A stretch of DNA of 32,000 nt from Gemmata obscuriglobus (GTDB lineage Bacteria; Planctomycetota; Planctomycetia; Gemmatales; Gemmataceae). How positions within the stretch are numbered: position 1 is the stretch's first letter; every line of letters starts with the position of its first letter. The notes below the pieces were generated by a model. The model was not told the origin of the DNA. It did no database searches and saw only the letters and a program-made list of their open reading frames with translations. Positions 1 to 10,606 of the stretch are shown here, in pieces. The position numbers were made by a program, and so were the translations under genes. The DNA lies in NCBI RefSeq assembly GCF_008065095.1, contig NZ_CP042911.1, forward strand, positions 2,700,001 through 2,732,000. The letters run 5' to 3'.

Positions 1-2195
<2,195 letters not shown>

Positions 2196-2953
2196 GACTG
2201 GGACCCGCGGGCAGGAGTGAGTGAGCGCTGATCTGGGTATTGTTGGAGATGGAGTGGGCAGTGGGTAGTGGGGGCGGAACGATCAGACAGAGAAGAGGGA
2301 CGGCCACAAAAAGCACCAAAGAAGAGGCAGCAGGCCGAGGCCCGAGAAATCGCCGCCCCGCTCCTGGTCTTCGACTGAAGCGAGAGGATCTTTCCGTGTT
2401 CCCTCACGCGCCACGGGCCGGGCAATCGGTCCCTCAGGTACTTCGCGTGGTAGCTCTGGGGTTCGCGCCGCGCCGGGTGGGCCGCCGGCCCGAGCCGCCT
2501 TCCGGAACGCCGTGCCGGCCGCACGCCGCCGCCACGGCACAAGTGGCATAATCAAAAAAGATTGCGCCGAACTCATTAGCAGCAATCGGAATCGACTTCG
2601 GTTACTCTCTGTGAGCCAGATCGTGCGCAAAGCACGCGCGTCGCGGGTCGCTCCGTACCAGCGAACCGAGATCGCCGCTAGCAGATGTCCGAACCCCGGA
2701 GATCCGCGCGACGGTGATCGGGGCCACGGTTGAATGAAAGGGGAAGGCAATTGAGGTGCGGCCGAGCGCGGCGCTCGGGGCCGTACTCCCGTTCGGGGTG
2801 AACGACGGGTTCGGCAAGGCAGCCCCAGGGGGGGGCCGGAGGTACGAGTTCACCCCACGTCTCGCACAAGTTTTTTTAGAAGCGTGCGAATTAGGCGCAG
2901 AACGGACGGCACTTTGCGGCTATGATGAAACTTCGCCCGTAAGCGGAGACCCG

Positions 2954-3217
2954 ATGCGCGTTCAAGAAGTTTGTCACGCCTGGGTGGTGTACCGGATGTC
3001 CCTGAACAAGGGCAAGGACACCGCGAATGTGGTGTGCGAGCAGCGGGAATGGTTAGCGATCGAGGCGGCCCAACCGGGCCTGCACACGCTCCTGCACTCG
3101 GGACTGAAGACCGAGCAAGAAGCCGAGCGGCTGGCGCGTGGCACGTCCGGCGACAACTACGCCAACCGGGGCGGCAAGAAGCCGGCCTACTCACCCGTTC
3201 GGAAGATGCCGCAGTAA
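2954..3217 (+). CDS. Small hypothetical protein (87 aa)
   Basis: ATG at 2954 is preceded by GGAG at 2944-2947. G/C-rich third codon positions match the neighbouring genes. The sequence MRVQEVCHAWVVYRMSLNKGKDTANVVCEQREWLAIEAAQPGLHTLLHSGLKTEQEAERLARG... looks protein-like. A hairpin plus T6 follows the stop. The upstream part of the listed 2756..3217 ORF (GAVLPFGVNDGFGKAAPGGGRR) looks non-coding. Confidence 0.55.
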   Translation: MRVQEVCHAWVVYRMSLNKGKDTANVVCEQREWLAIEAAQPGLHTLLHSGLKTEQEAERLARGTSGDNYANRGGKKPAYSPVRKMPQ

Positions 3218-3242
3218 GTCGTTCGTAACTGGCGCTACTTTC

Positions 3243-3290
3243 AACCCGTTGCTGTCGTGGCTCAAAGCTACTCGCAACGGGTCATTTTTT
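3243..3290 (+). terminator. Rho-independent terminator candidate after the small ORF
   Basis: A 9-bp stem, ACCCGTTGC (3244-3252) pairing with GCAACGGGT (3274-3282), is followed by CATTTTTT (T6 at 3285-3290). It lies 26 nt after the stop at 3217. The loop is long (21 nt). Confidence 0.5.
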
Positions 3291-3600
3291 CGTCCACTTC
3301 CTCGCAATCTGGCTTGAGCTGACTCCGACACGGGCGGATGAACCGGATCAAGACGATCGGCCTTCATTCCCGTTCATCCTGTCGATCCTGTCAAAACCTC
3401 CTTCGGCAAACGCAAGGCACGTGTGGGCCGGAACGAAGCTCTACCCGTTCGTCCATTCCGACACCAGTGCGGGCGAAAAGCCGCGCTTACCACCTGAACC
3501 AGACCCAAATTGGAAACAACAGCTTAATAATCAGTCCATTCGAAAAAAAAAACCATCCCACGCCCGTTCCCGAAGTGATTGTTCCACCTCTTGCTCGTGC

Positions 3601-3627
3601 GGCTGTGCGGCCCGCGGCCCCACAGCC
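3601..3627 (-). terminator. GC-rich hairpin downstream of the sigma-fusion gene (weak terminator candidate)
   Basis: GGCTGTG (3601-3607) pairs with CACAGCC (3621-3627), with an inner GGCC/GGCC pairing. It lies ~70-100 nt past the stop at 3699 on the minus strand and has no adjacent U-tract. A T10 run (A10 on the + strand, 3543-3552) lies further downstream. Confidence 0.3.
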
Positions 3628-3698
3628 GTTTGCCGCGCCGACCGCGTGACGATACCGCCAGGACGGCTCCCCCGCCCTGGCGCTTCGGAAAGCGCGAC

Positions 3699-6600
3699 TC
3701 ACGGTGCCTTCTTGAGCGCCTGCCCGAGTTTCTCTCGCTCGTCGGCCGCCAGTTTGGGGGCCGTGTCGGCTAGCACCCTGAGGAAATGCTCGGCCGACCT
3801 GGGTTCGGTCGGGAAGCCGATGTTGCCGTCCGGTCCGTTCCAGTTCGCGAGCATCTTGCCGTCCGCGTCGAGGACGGCGCACCACGGGATGCCGCCGCCC
3901 TCCTTGCCGCGGTAACGCTCCATCACTTCACGGCCGTGGGCGTACCGCCCGCTGTCGATGTCTACGAACACGAAGTGCGGTTCCAGAACGGCCCGGTGCT
4001 GCTCCAGGAAGCGGGACAGCAGCCGGCAAGGGCCGCACCACGACGCCCCCTCTTTCAGGAACACCCGTTTCCCCTCCGCTCGGGCCTGCGCTTGAGCCGC
4101 GGTGAGCAGCGCCTTCGCGTCCGGGCGCGTCCGGGTGTGTGCCGCCAGGAACGCCTGAATGTCCGCCGCCGCGGTCTTCGGGTCGTCCAGGGACGGGCAC
4201 TTCGCGGCGAGCACCTTTCCGTCGTCGCCCAGAACGATGAGCGCCGGCCACCGGGCGAGCTTCCGGTCGCGGTCGTACCCATCCCGGAACGCGGCGATCC
4301 CCGTGTTGTCCTCCACCGACACGACCACCCGCTCGAAATCGCCCAGCGCCGCCGAGACGGTCCGCTGCTTCTCGATCAGTTCGACCAGCGCCCGGGTCGG
4401 CGCCTCGCGGGGATCGCCGGCGACGAGCAGCACCCGTTGGTGATAGCGGTCGGCTTCGGTCCGGGCGGAAGCCACGCGCTTGGCCAGGTCGCCCCGCGGG
4501 GCGAAGAACCGGGCGACCTTCTCTTCCGGAGTCGGCGGGCGGTACGGCTTGGCGAGTTTCGTGTCGCCGACCGAGATCGTTTCCGCCTTCGTCGGCGTCA
4601 GAGTCGTCAGCCCCATCCAGGGGCCGCGGTCCGGGGTCTCCTCGTGGCTGAGGTGGTACTCCTCCCCGACCAGCATTCCAGTGCAGGTGTACCACCCGTC
4701 GCCGTCCGAGATTGCGACCCCGCCGTAAGCGACGTAGTACGGGGCGTTCGGTTGCTCGCTGGCTGGGATATGGACGCCGTACTTCACCCGCCCCCCGGCC
4801 ACGGGCTTGCCCTCGTGGTCGAGTAGACGCCCGCGGGCGGCGGCCAGTGGCCCGACGCGGACCGTGACCTTTTGCTGGTCGGCCGTGATCCGCACCAGGC
4901 CGGCCTGGGACTTGTCGGCCGACCGGGCGTACACGGCCGCCGGGACCGCGACCCGCTCGCCCGAGAACGACCCGTCGGCGGCCGTTGTCGCCTCGAACGG
5001 AATGCGGTCGGTGTGCCCCATGTCGGTAGAGTAGACCGCCGCCCCCGCGACCGGCCGCCCCCCGGCGTCCACCACCGTCCCGGCGAGGCGAGCCAGGTTC
5101 GGCCGGGTGAGGTGGAGGTCGGTCACCACTTCACGCTCGCGGCCCACGGTGATCTTGGTCGTCTTCACGACATGCGACTGCATGAGGTTGTAATTGCCCG
5201 GCCCGACGCAGAACCGGTAGTTGCCGTCGGCGTCTGTCTTCGCCGATCGGTGGAGGTACAGAAAATGGTGCTTCGTGTCGCCCGGCGCCCGCAACTCCTC
5301 GGGAAACTCCCCGCCCAACTCCTGGAGCGACAGATGCTCCCCGGCCGCGGGCTTCTTCCCGTCACCGACGGTCATCCGGCCGCGGAGGATCGTGCCCTGC
5401 GCGAGCCGGAAGTCGAGCCCGCCGACCGTGGCGCCCGCCCGTGCCACCACGCACGGGCGGCACGCCGCGGCCCACGTGTCGTTGACAACGCCCACCACGT
5501 ACGCCTCTTCCCCGTTGACGGTCATCTCATACGTGCCGTCGGGTCGGGTGGTCGTAGACTCGTGCCCGTTGTGGAACGCGGCCCCGGCTCCGCTCGCTTT
5601 TATCGCGATCCCGACCGCCGGCTGGCCGTCGGCCCCGATCACCCGCCCCGTCAGCCGTGCCTTGCGGATCATTCGCATCGTCCCGTCTGCGGCCGCCGCA
5701 CCCGGTTTCAGGCTGAACAGCTCAAAGTAGCTGTAATCGGGCGAGTAGGACATAAAGGGTATCCCCTGGTCCGTGTCGCCCACCGGTATCCAGTCGAACG
5801 TGGCCACCCCGGCCGCGTCCGTGACAGACTGCACGACTCCGTTGCCGCCGATGTTGGCGTGCTCCGTCTTGCCAGGCAATTGGATGTACCACGGTAGGAT
5901 CGTCACCCCCGCCACCGGTTTGCCGGCCCCGTCGACGGCCTTCACGCGGACCGTCCGCGCCCCCGACAGCGTCAGGGCGACCTCGTCCGGCAGTGGCTCG
6001 CGGTCCCGCCCGCGCTTCGTCTTCAGCGTGGTGACGTAGTCGAACCCGGCACCGTCTTTGAGCGCGAACACGAACGCGACATCGGCCCCTTCAGTGCCCG
6101 CGGGGTAGCGAACGGTTGCCGAGCCGTCGCCGATCGTTGTCGCCGTTGCCAGTGGTCCTAACCCGGCGGACACCAGGACGACCCGGGCGCCGGCGACGGG
6201 TTGCTTGGCCGCGTTCGTCACCCGGACCGTTGAGGCCCGGGCGGGCAGCAGGGTCACGCGCACGTCCCGGGCGTCTTTGAGGGCGTCGACGTGTTTTAAC
6301 CCCAACCGCCGGCCGTCCGGCGTTGCAGCAACCACGGTCGGCATGCTCCAGCGTGCAGAGTCCCGATCGGGCGGCAGCGGCAGGCGGAAGGCGCCGGTGC
6401 GGTCGGTAACGACAACCGGGTCGCTCGGTTCGGAGGAGATGAACCGGACCTCCGCCCCCTCCGCGCCGGCACCGGCCTCGTCCACCACCCGGCCGGTAAT
6501 CGCGAGCGGGCCGTCCGCCGCAACCGGCGCGAGCGGCTCGGCCTCCCGGGCCGATTCTGGCGCCGGCTCAGGAGCGTTCGCCGTGACCGGCGGGTTCATG

Positions 6601-7451
6601 TCGGGCCTCCACGCAGCCATGACGACCACGCCGGCAGAGACGAGGCAGACGGCCGCAACGGCCGCGACGGCCAGTCGCGTCTTGGTCAGGATCATGGATA
6701 CGGCCTTGAGACGGAGGGTGTGAACGGCACGGTCGCTTGTGGCAACGGCGCTCGCGACGACGGCACTGACGAGGGATTCGGGGACTGCGACCGCCGTCGA
6801 GCCCACCGCCGCCGCCAGGAGGCCGGTCGGGAGCGAGACGCCCCGTCGCAGGAGCTTGGCGTGGAGCCGGCTGCGGCCGCGCTCCAGACGGCCGCGGAGC
6901 ACATCGACGCCGACGCCGAGTTCCCGTGCGGCCTCGTCCCGGGTCATGCCGTCGAAGTAGCACAGCAAGAGGGGGAGCCGGAGGGCGTCCGGCAGCCGGT
7001 TCAGCTCCTCGTGCAGAACGTCGGCGACCTCCCGCACGGCCAGGTCGGGCGGTTCGGCCGCGGCGGGGCCGGTCCACTGACCCTCGATCCGTTCGCGCCG
7101 CGCGGCGTCCGCGCGGGTCCGCAGGGCCAGGCGGTGGGCGACGCTGTACAGCCACCCGCCCAGAGCCGGTTGCCGACGGATTCGATCGACCTCCCGGACG
7201 AGGGCCAAGAAGGCCGCCTGGAACACGTCCTCGGCGTCGGGCGACGCGCCGAGGACGTGCCGCGCGGCGGACAAGACCCGCGGCCCATGTTTGCGGACGA
7301 TCGCCTCGAATGCGGCCGGGTCGCGGCCCCGGCAGAAGCGGTCGAGCAGTTCCGCGTCGGGCCGCTCGTCGTCCGCACGGCGCAGTCCGTGGAAGAGTCT
7401 ACTGAGGGTGCGACGGGACATCGGGGCTCTCAGTTCGGTTCGAACGCTCAC
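3699..7451 (-). CDS. Giant fusion protein: ECF (sigma-70 family) sigma factor, TM helix, seven CarboxypepD_reg-like beta-sandwich repeats and two thioredoxin-like folds (the last with WCGPC)
   Basis: The ORF is 1250 aa with a GTG at 7451; an alternative ATG at 7421 gives MSRRTLSRLF.
- Sigma region 2: FEAIVRKHGPRVLSAARHVLG..DAEDVFQAAFLALV...WLYSVAHRLA.
- Sigma region 4: LPDALRLPLLLCYFDGMTRDEAARELGVGVDVLRGRLERGRSRL.
- One hydrophobic helix: LAVAAVAAVCLVSAGVVVMAAW (aa 259-281, nt 6609-6677).
- Seven repeats of the pattern 'GRVVDxxGxPVAGAxV....TDxxGxY/F', e.g. ITGRVVDEAGAGAEGAEV, LTGRVIGADGQPAVGIAI, LAGTVVDAGGRPVAGAAV, ARGRLLDHEGKPVAGGRV.
- C-terminal FLKEGASWCGPCRLL, with WCGPC encoded by the rc of 4026-4040. 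Confidence 0.85.
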   Translation of the reverse strand: MSVRTELRAPMSRRTLSRLFHGLRRADDERPDAELLDRFCRGRDPAAFEAIVRKHGPRVLSAARHVLGASPDAEDVFQAAFLALVREVDRIRRQPALGGWLYSVAHRLALRTRADAARRERIEGQWTGPAAAEPPDLAVREVADVLHEELNRLPDALRLPLLLCYFDGMTRDEAARELGVGVDVLRGRLERGRSRLHAKLLRRGVSLPTGLLAAAVGSTAVAVPESLVSAVVASAVATSDRAVHTLRLKAVSMILTKTRLAVAAVAAVCLVSAGVVVMAAWRPDMNPPVTANAPEPAPESAREAEPLAPVAADGPLAITGRVVDEAGAGAEGAEVRFISSEPSDPVVVTDRTGAFRLPLPPDRDSARWSMPTVVAATPDGRRLGLKHVDALKDARDVRVTLLPARASTVRVTNAAKQPVAGARVVLVSAGLGPLATATTIGDGSATVRYPAGTEGADVAFVFALKDGAGFDYVTTLKTKRGRDREPLPDEVALTLSGARTVRVKAVDGAGKPVAGVTILPWYIQLPGKTEHANIGGNGVVQSVTDAAGVATFDWIPVGDTDQGIPFMSYSPDYSYFELFSLKPGAAAADGTMRMIRKARLTGRVIGADGQPAVGIAIKASGAGAAFHNGHESTTTRPDGTYEMTVNGEEAYVVGVVNDTWAAACRPCVVARAGATVGGLDFRLAQGTILRGRMTVGDGKKPAAGEHLSLQELGGEFPEELRAPGDTKHHFLYLHRSAKTDADGNYRFCVGPGNYNLMQSHVVKTTKITVGREREVVTDLHLTRPNLARLAGTVVDAGGRPVAGAAVYSTDMGHTDRIPFEATTAADGSFSGERVAVPAAVYARSADKSQAGLVRITADQQKVTVRVGPLAAARGRLLDHEGKPVAGGRVKYGVHIPASEQPNAPYYVAYGGVAISDGDGWYTCTGMLVGEEYHLSHEETPDRGPWMGLTTLTPTKAETISVGDTKLAKPYRPPTPEEKVARFFAPRGDLAKRVASARTEADRYHQRVLLVAGDPREAPTRALVELIEKQRTVSAALGDFERVVVSVEDNTGIAAFRDGYDRDRKLARWPALIVLGDDGKVLAAKCPSLDDPKTAAADIQAFLAAHTRTRPDAKALLTAAQAQARAEGKRVFLKEGASWCGPCRLLSRFLEQHRAVLEPHFVFVDIDSGRYAHGREVMERYRGKEGGGIPWCAVLDADGKMLANWNGPDGNIGFPTEPRSAEHFLRVLADTAPKLAADEREKLGQALKKAP

Positions 7452-7815
7452 CTAACTAGAGCAACGAGCCCCGCGGGACGACATGACAATTTCGGTGCCC
7501 CACGACATTTTGTTTCGCCCGGGCGGGCGCGCTCACGACCGAGTGACTTGAAACCCCGTAGATCCGGTCAACCTTTTCTGGAGCGATCCATTGAGCCCCC
7601 GTACCGCACGGCCCTATCTCGAGGTTTTTTGGCGGACAGCAAGACTGGAGGTCGCGCACGGGGATAACATCCGCACGGGCGTAAAATCAAACAAACAATC
7701 AGTCGATTTAAAGCCTAGTGCTCCGTCTACGCTAAGCTGTCGGGTTGCTGAGGCGGTAGTCACTGATACATGAACCCACCCGCGGTGTCGCTTTCTTGAC
7801 GAGCCGCGACCGCCA

Positions 7816-9082
7816 CAGTAGTTTCAAGGGGCTGGATATGCCGCATGGGAGTTCCTAAGTTCAAGGTTCTCAGGCACTTGAACGGGAAGCTCCCATGCGA
7901 CGCGGTTACTCTACGATCACCCCGGCGGTGGTCCATGCGTTGTCCCGGCGAACGTTGGCTCGGGCACTCGGTTGGACCGACTACAAGCAGTCGGTGACGC
8001 GCACCCAGTTGTTGGACCTGGTGCTGTTGGTCGCGGGCACCACCCGCACCCGGTTCGCGGTGGTCACCCGGTACTTCGGGTTCTCCCACCAGACCGCGCG
8101 ACCGGCGGTGCGCGCGAACCTGGGCTCCCGGGACCAGCTGACGGCCCGGCTGGTGGATGCGCTCCGCGGCGTGGCACGGTTCACCCGCCGGGACCGGACC
8201 CGCCGGTGGACGTGCGCCATCGACGTGCATTACGTGCCCTTTTACGGGGACCGCAGCACCCCGGGCATCATCGGCGGACCCAAGAAGGCCGGCACCTCAT
8301 TCTTCCATCTTCCATGCGTACGCCGCCCACGTTCTGATTAATAAGCGGCGGCGGCGGTACACCGTCGGGCTGATGAGCGTAACGAAGGGCGCCAAGCCAC
8401 ACCAGCAGGTGCAAACCCTTCTGGATCAAGTAGTTGCCCGCGGGCTCACGGTCCGCGGGGTGGTGCTCGACGCCGGGTTCGACAGCGGGGAAACGCTGCT
8501 GTTGCTGCAAGCACGGGATCTGAACGACACGGTGCCGATCCGCAAGAAGGGCAAAGGCACCAACCGCCGCAACGAGTGCGACACCCAACCGTCGGGCACC
8601 ATCACCACGATGGAATGGGTGACCGAGAAGACCCGTCAGGCGGTGTCCACCCGGGTGTTGGTGTGGGAGCGCACGGGCGAAGGGGCGGCCCGGGTGTACG
8701 CGTTCCGCGGGTGGGGCGATGCGACCGCCGTGTCCGAGGCGAACCGGGCTCGGCTGGGCCGCCGCCGGTACCGCGAGCGGTTCGGGATCGAGACCAGCTA
8801 TCGACAAAAGAATCAAGCCCGCGGGTGGACCACCCGCACCGACCCCGAGTACCGACTGCTGCTCGAAGGGGTGGCGTTGTTGTTGCGACAAGTATGGGTG
8901 TGCCTGACCCTCCGGATCGCACGCGCCCAGAACCGGAACCCGAACGCATGGGTGACCGAACTGCCGTTAGCCCAGATGCTCGACTGGCTCACACAACGGA
9001 TCCGCTCACGGTACCCACGCACGCGATGTATCACATTACCGCACAAAACACTTACAACCAGCGCAACCACTTGAAACTACTG
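7816..9082 (+). mobile_element. IS element (IS4-superfamily DDE; IS701/ISH3-like by size and short TSD), copy A, transposase inactivated
   Basis: The termini are CAGTAGTTTCAAG (7816-7828) and its complement CTTGAAACTACTG (9070-9082). It is flanked by the direct repeat GCCA (7812-7815 and 9083-9086) and is 1267 bp long. The transposase stop TGA (9072-9074) lies inside the right IR. Confidence 0.8.
7895..9074 (+). pseudogene. DDE transposase (IS4 superfamily) disrupted by a +1 frameshift
   Basis: Two overlapping ORFs (7895..8341 and 8157..9074) together align along the intact paralogue at 17163..18320. Shared catalytic landmarks are CAIDVHYVPFYG (D), VVLDAGFDSGE (D) and YRERFGIETSYRQKNQ (the Y-R-E-K signature). 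The frame changes at the tandem duplication CTTCCAT-CTTCCAT (8302-8315). Deleting one copy gives ...GTSFFHAYAAHVL, which is collinear with GTHTFHTYATACL in copy B. Confidence 0.85.
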
Positions 9083-9161
9083 GCCAGGGAGCGGCTCGTC
9101 AACAAAAGCGGCCGTATTACCGGGTACGCGTATTAGTCGTGCCTGCGCCGCGGGCGCGGCG

Positions 9162-10592
9162 CTACGGGGTGCCCGCCAACCGCTGTGCGGCTTCGTCGCA
9201 ACGTTCGAGTAGGGCCTGCTTGCGCTTGGGATTGGCGAACCGACCGAGCGTCTCGACCCAGTCGCGGGTCTGCTCGATCAGCGCGACCAGCGCCGAAACG
9301 GCCTCGGACTTCCGCGCCGGGCTCCCGAACGCGATGGGCGAGGTGTGAGCGAACCCGCTGGCGCCCGTGACGCGAGCCGCGACCCAGCCGGGCTCACCCA
9401 GAGTAGCGGCCGCCGAGCCGTCCCCCGCCGCGATCACGGCTCCGTTCGCGACCAGTTCAACCCGGGGAGCACTCGGGTGTGCCCGCGCGGTTACGGTCGC
9501 ACATGAATCGTCAAGAACGAGATCGAGCAGCGGCCCGGCGGTAACGAACGTGCGCCCGCGGCGAACCGCCTCCAGCCAAGAAGAAGCCTTCTCCCCTTCT
9601 CGCTCTTGCTGGCTCACGGAAGGGGCGTCGTCAGAGGGCTGTACGCCACTCACGCGCGCGTACGTTCGCGTCACGCCGAGCCGAACCGCGTTCGAGTCTT
9701 TCGCGCTGGCGCCCACGAGCGGCACCCGCACCCCGGCGTCCCACAGCCGGTACACCCACGGCAGGAGCGGCGACCGGCCGGGCTTCTGAACCACCTCGAT
9801 CGCGTCCACCTTCCCGAGCACCGCCGCGACCAGCGCCTCCCCCCCGCTGACACCGCCCGCGGTTTCGAACGCGTCCGCCCACACCACCAGCCCGCCCTTT
9901 CGGTGGCACTGGTCCGCCCAGTCGCACACGCCCCAGTCGTCGGACTCCTCGCCCCCGAAGGTCAGCGGCAGCACCGGGCGGTGCGAGTTCAGCAGCGCCA
10001 CCTTCCCCAGCACCGGGTGCGTGTTGAACGTGTTCACGTACACCGCGCAACCGTCTCCCACCAGCGCCGGCGATTGCCCGCTGAACGCCAGCATGTTGGG
10101 GGCGGTGGCGTAGGTGTTCGCGTCGAGCGCCAGCAGCGGGAACGGGACCGCGAGGAGGTTCGCAACGTCGAGGTCCTCGGCCCGGGCTTCGAGCAGCGCG
10201 GCGTGCGGCGGCAGGAAGTGGCACCGGGTGTCGACGGTCGCCCACCCGTCGGGGCGCGTGTCCGCCCAGCGCGACAGCGCGAACCGCAACGAGATCTGCC
10301 CCGCCCCGAGCGTCACCGTCTCGTCGAGCGGCACCCACTCCGGGCCTTTCGCCGCCTGAATTTGGAGTGGTACGCCCGCCGGGAGCGGCACTTCGCACGC
10401 GCCGCCGACGTAGAACCACCGCTCGCGGCCCACACGCAACTGGCCGCCGACCGCCTCGTTGCGCCCCCCCGGGAACTGGGGCGAGAACCCGAGCGGCGCG
10501 TACTGAGCCCCGTCCGGCCCGGACACGCGGACCCGTACCGGGAGGGGGCGCGTCGTCGCCGCGTCGGTGACGCGCAAATGAACCGTCAGCAT
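9162..10592 (-). CDS. Hypothetical protein, 476 aa (N-terminal beta-sandwich-like segment plus a possible metal-dependent hydrolase-like core)
   Basis: The ATG (rc of 10590-10592) lies 14 nt after the stop of the upstream isomerase-like gene. The protein reads MLTVHLRVTDAATTRPLPVRVRVSGPDGAQYAPLG...WATVDTRCHFLPPHAALLEARAEDLDVANLL... The listed 743-aa ORF (9162..11393) extends through the neighbouring gene in another frame with R/G/P-rich junk, so I rejected that N-terminal extension. The functional call is from memory of similar 'D-x-H-x-H-F ... NLL' hydrolase-fold proteins and is weak. Confidence 0.65.
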   Translation of the reverse strand: MLTVHLRVTDAATTRPLPVRVRVSGPDGAQYAPLGFSPQFPGGRNEAVGGQLRVGRERWFYVGGACEVPLPAGVPLQIQAAKGPEWVPLDETVTLGAGQISLRFALSRWADTRPDGWATVDTRCHFLPPHAALLEARAEDLDVANLLAVPFPLLALDANTYATAPNMLAFSGQSPALVGDGCAVYVNTFNTHPVLGKVALLNSHRPVLPLTFGGEESDDWGVCDWADQCHRKGGLVVWADAFETAGGVSGGEALVAAVLGKVDAIEVVQKPGRSPLLPWVYRLWDAGVRVPLVGASAKDSNAVRLGVTRTYARVSGVQPSDDAPSVSQQEREGEKASSWLEAVRRGRTFVTAGPLLDLVLDDSCATVTARAHPSAPRVELVANGAVIAAGDGSAAATLGEPGWVAARVTGASGFAHTSPIAFGSPARKSEAVSALVALIEQTRDWVETLGRFANPKRKQALLERCDEAAQRLAGTP

Positions 10593-10606
10593 GATGCGAT
10601 TCCGGG

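Noticed and set aside
2757-2877. Possible SRP/4.5S-like or other known ncRNA because of 'GGCAAGGCAGCC' and flanking stems ending near a T7 run
   Set aside because: The resemblance to the SRP RNA domain IV motif (GGAAGGAAGCAGCC) is partial. The T-run lies 14 nt from the last stem, and I cannot run a covariance model. I kept it only as part of the low-interest non-coding-region finding.
7546-7554. ACTTGAAAC 9-mer matching the right IR core of both IS4-like elements, a possible solo IR remnant upstream of the sigma gene
   Set aside because: Only 9 nt match, and the sequence diverges immediately (..CCCGTAG versus ..TACTGG). A 9-mer match in ~64 kb of two-strand sequence is expected by chance at roughly 0.2-0.3.
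9145-9162. GCGCCGC-GGGC-GCGGCGC hairpin immediately after the stop of the 476-aa gene, as a terminator
   Set aside because: The stem is short and overlaps the stop codon, with no U-tract on the minus strand. Such GC palindromes are frequent in this GC-rich DNA.
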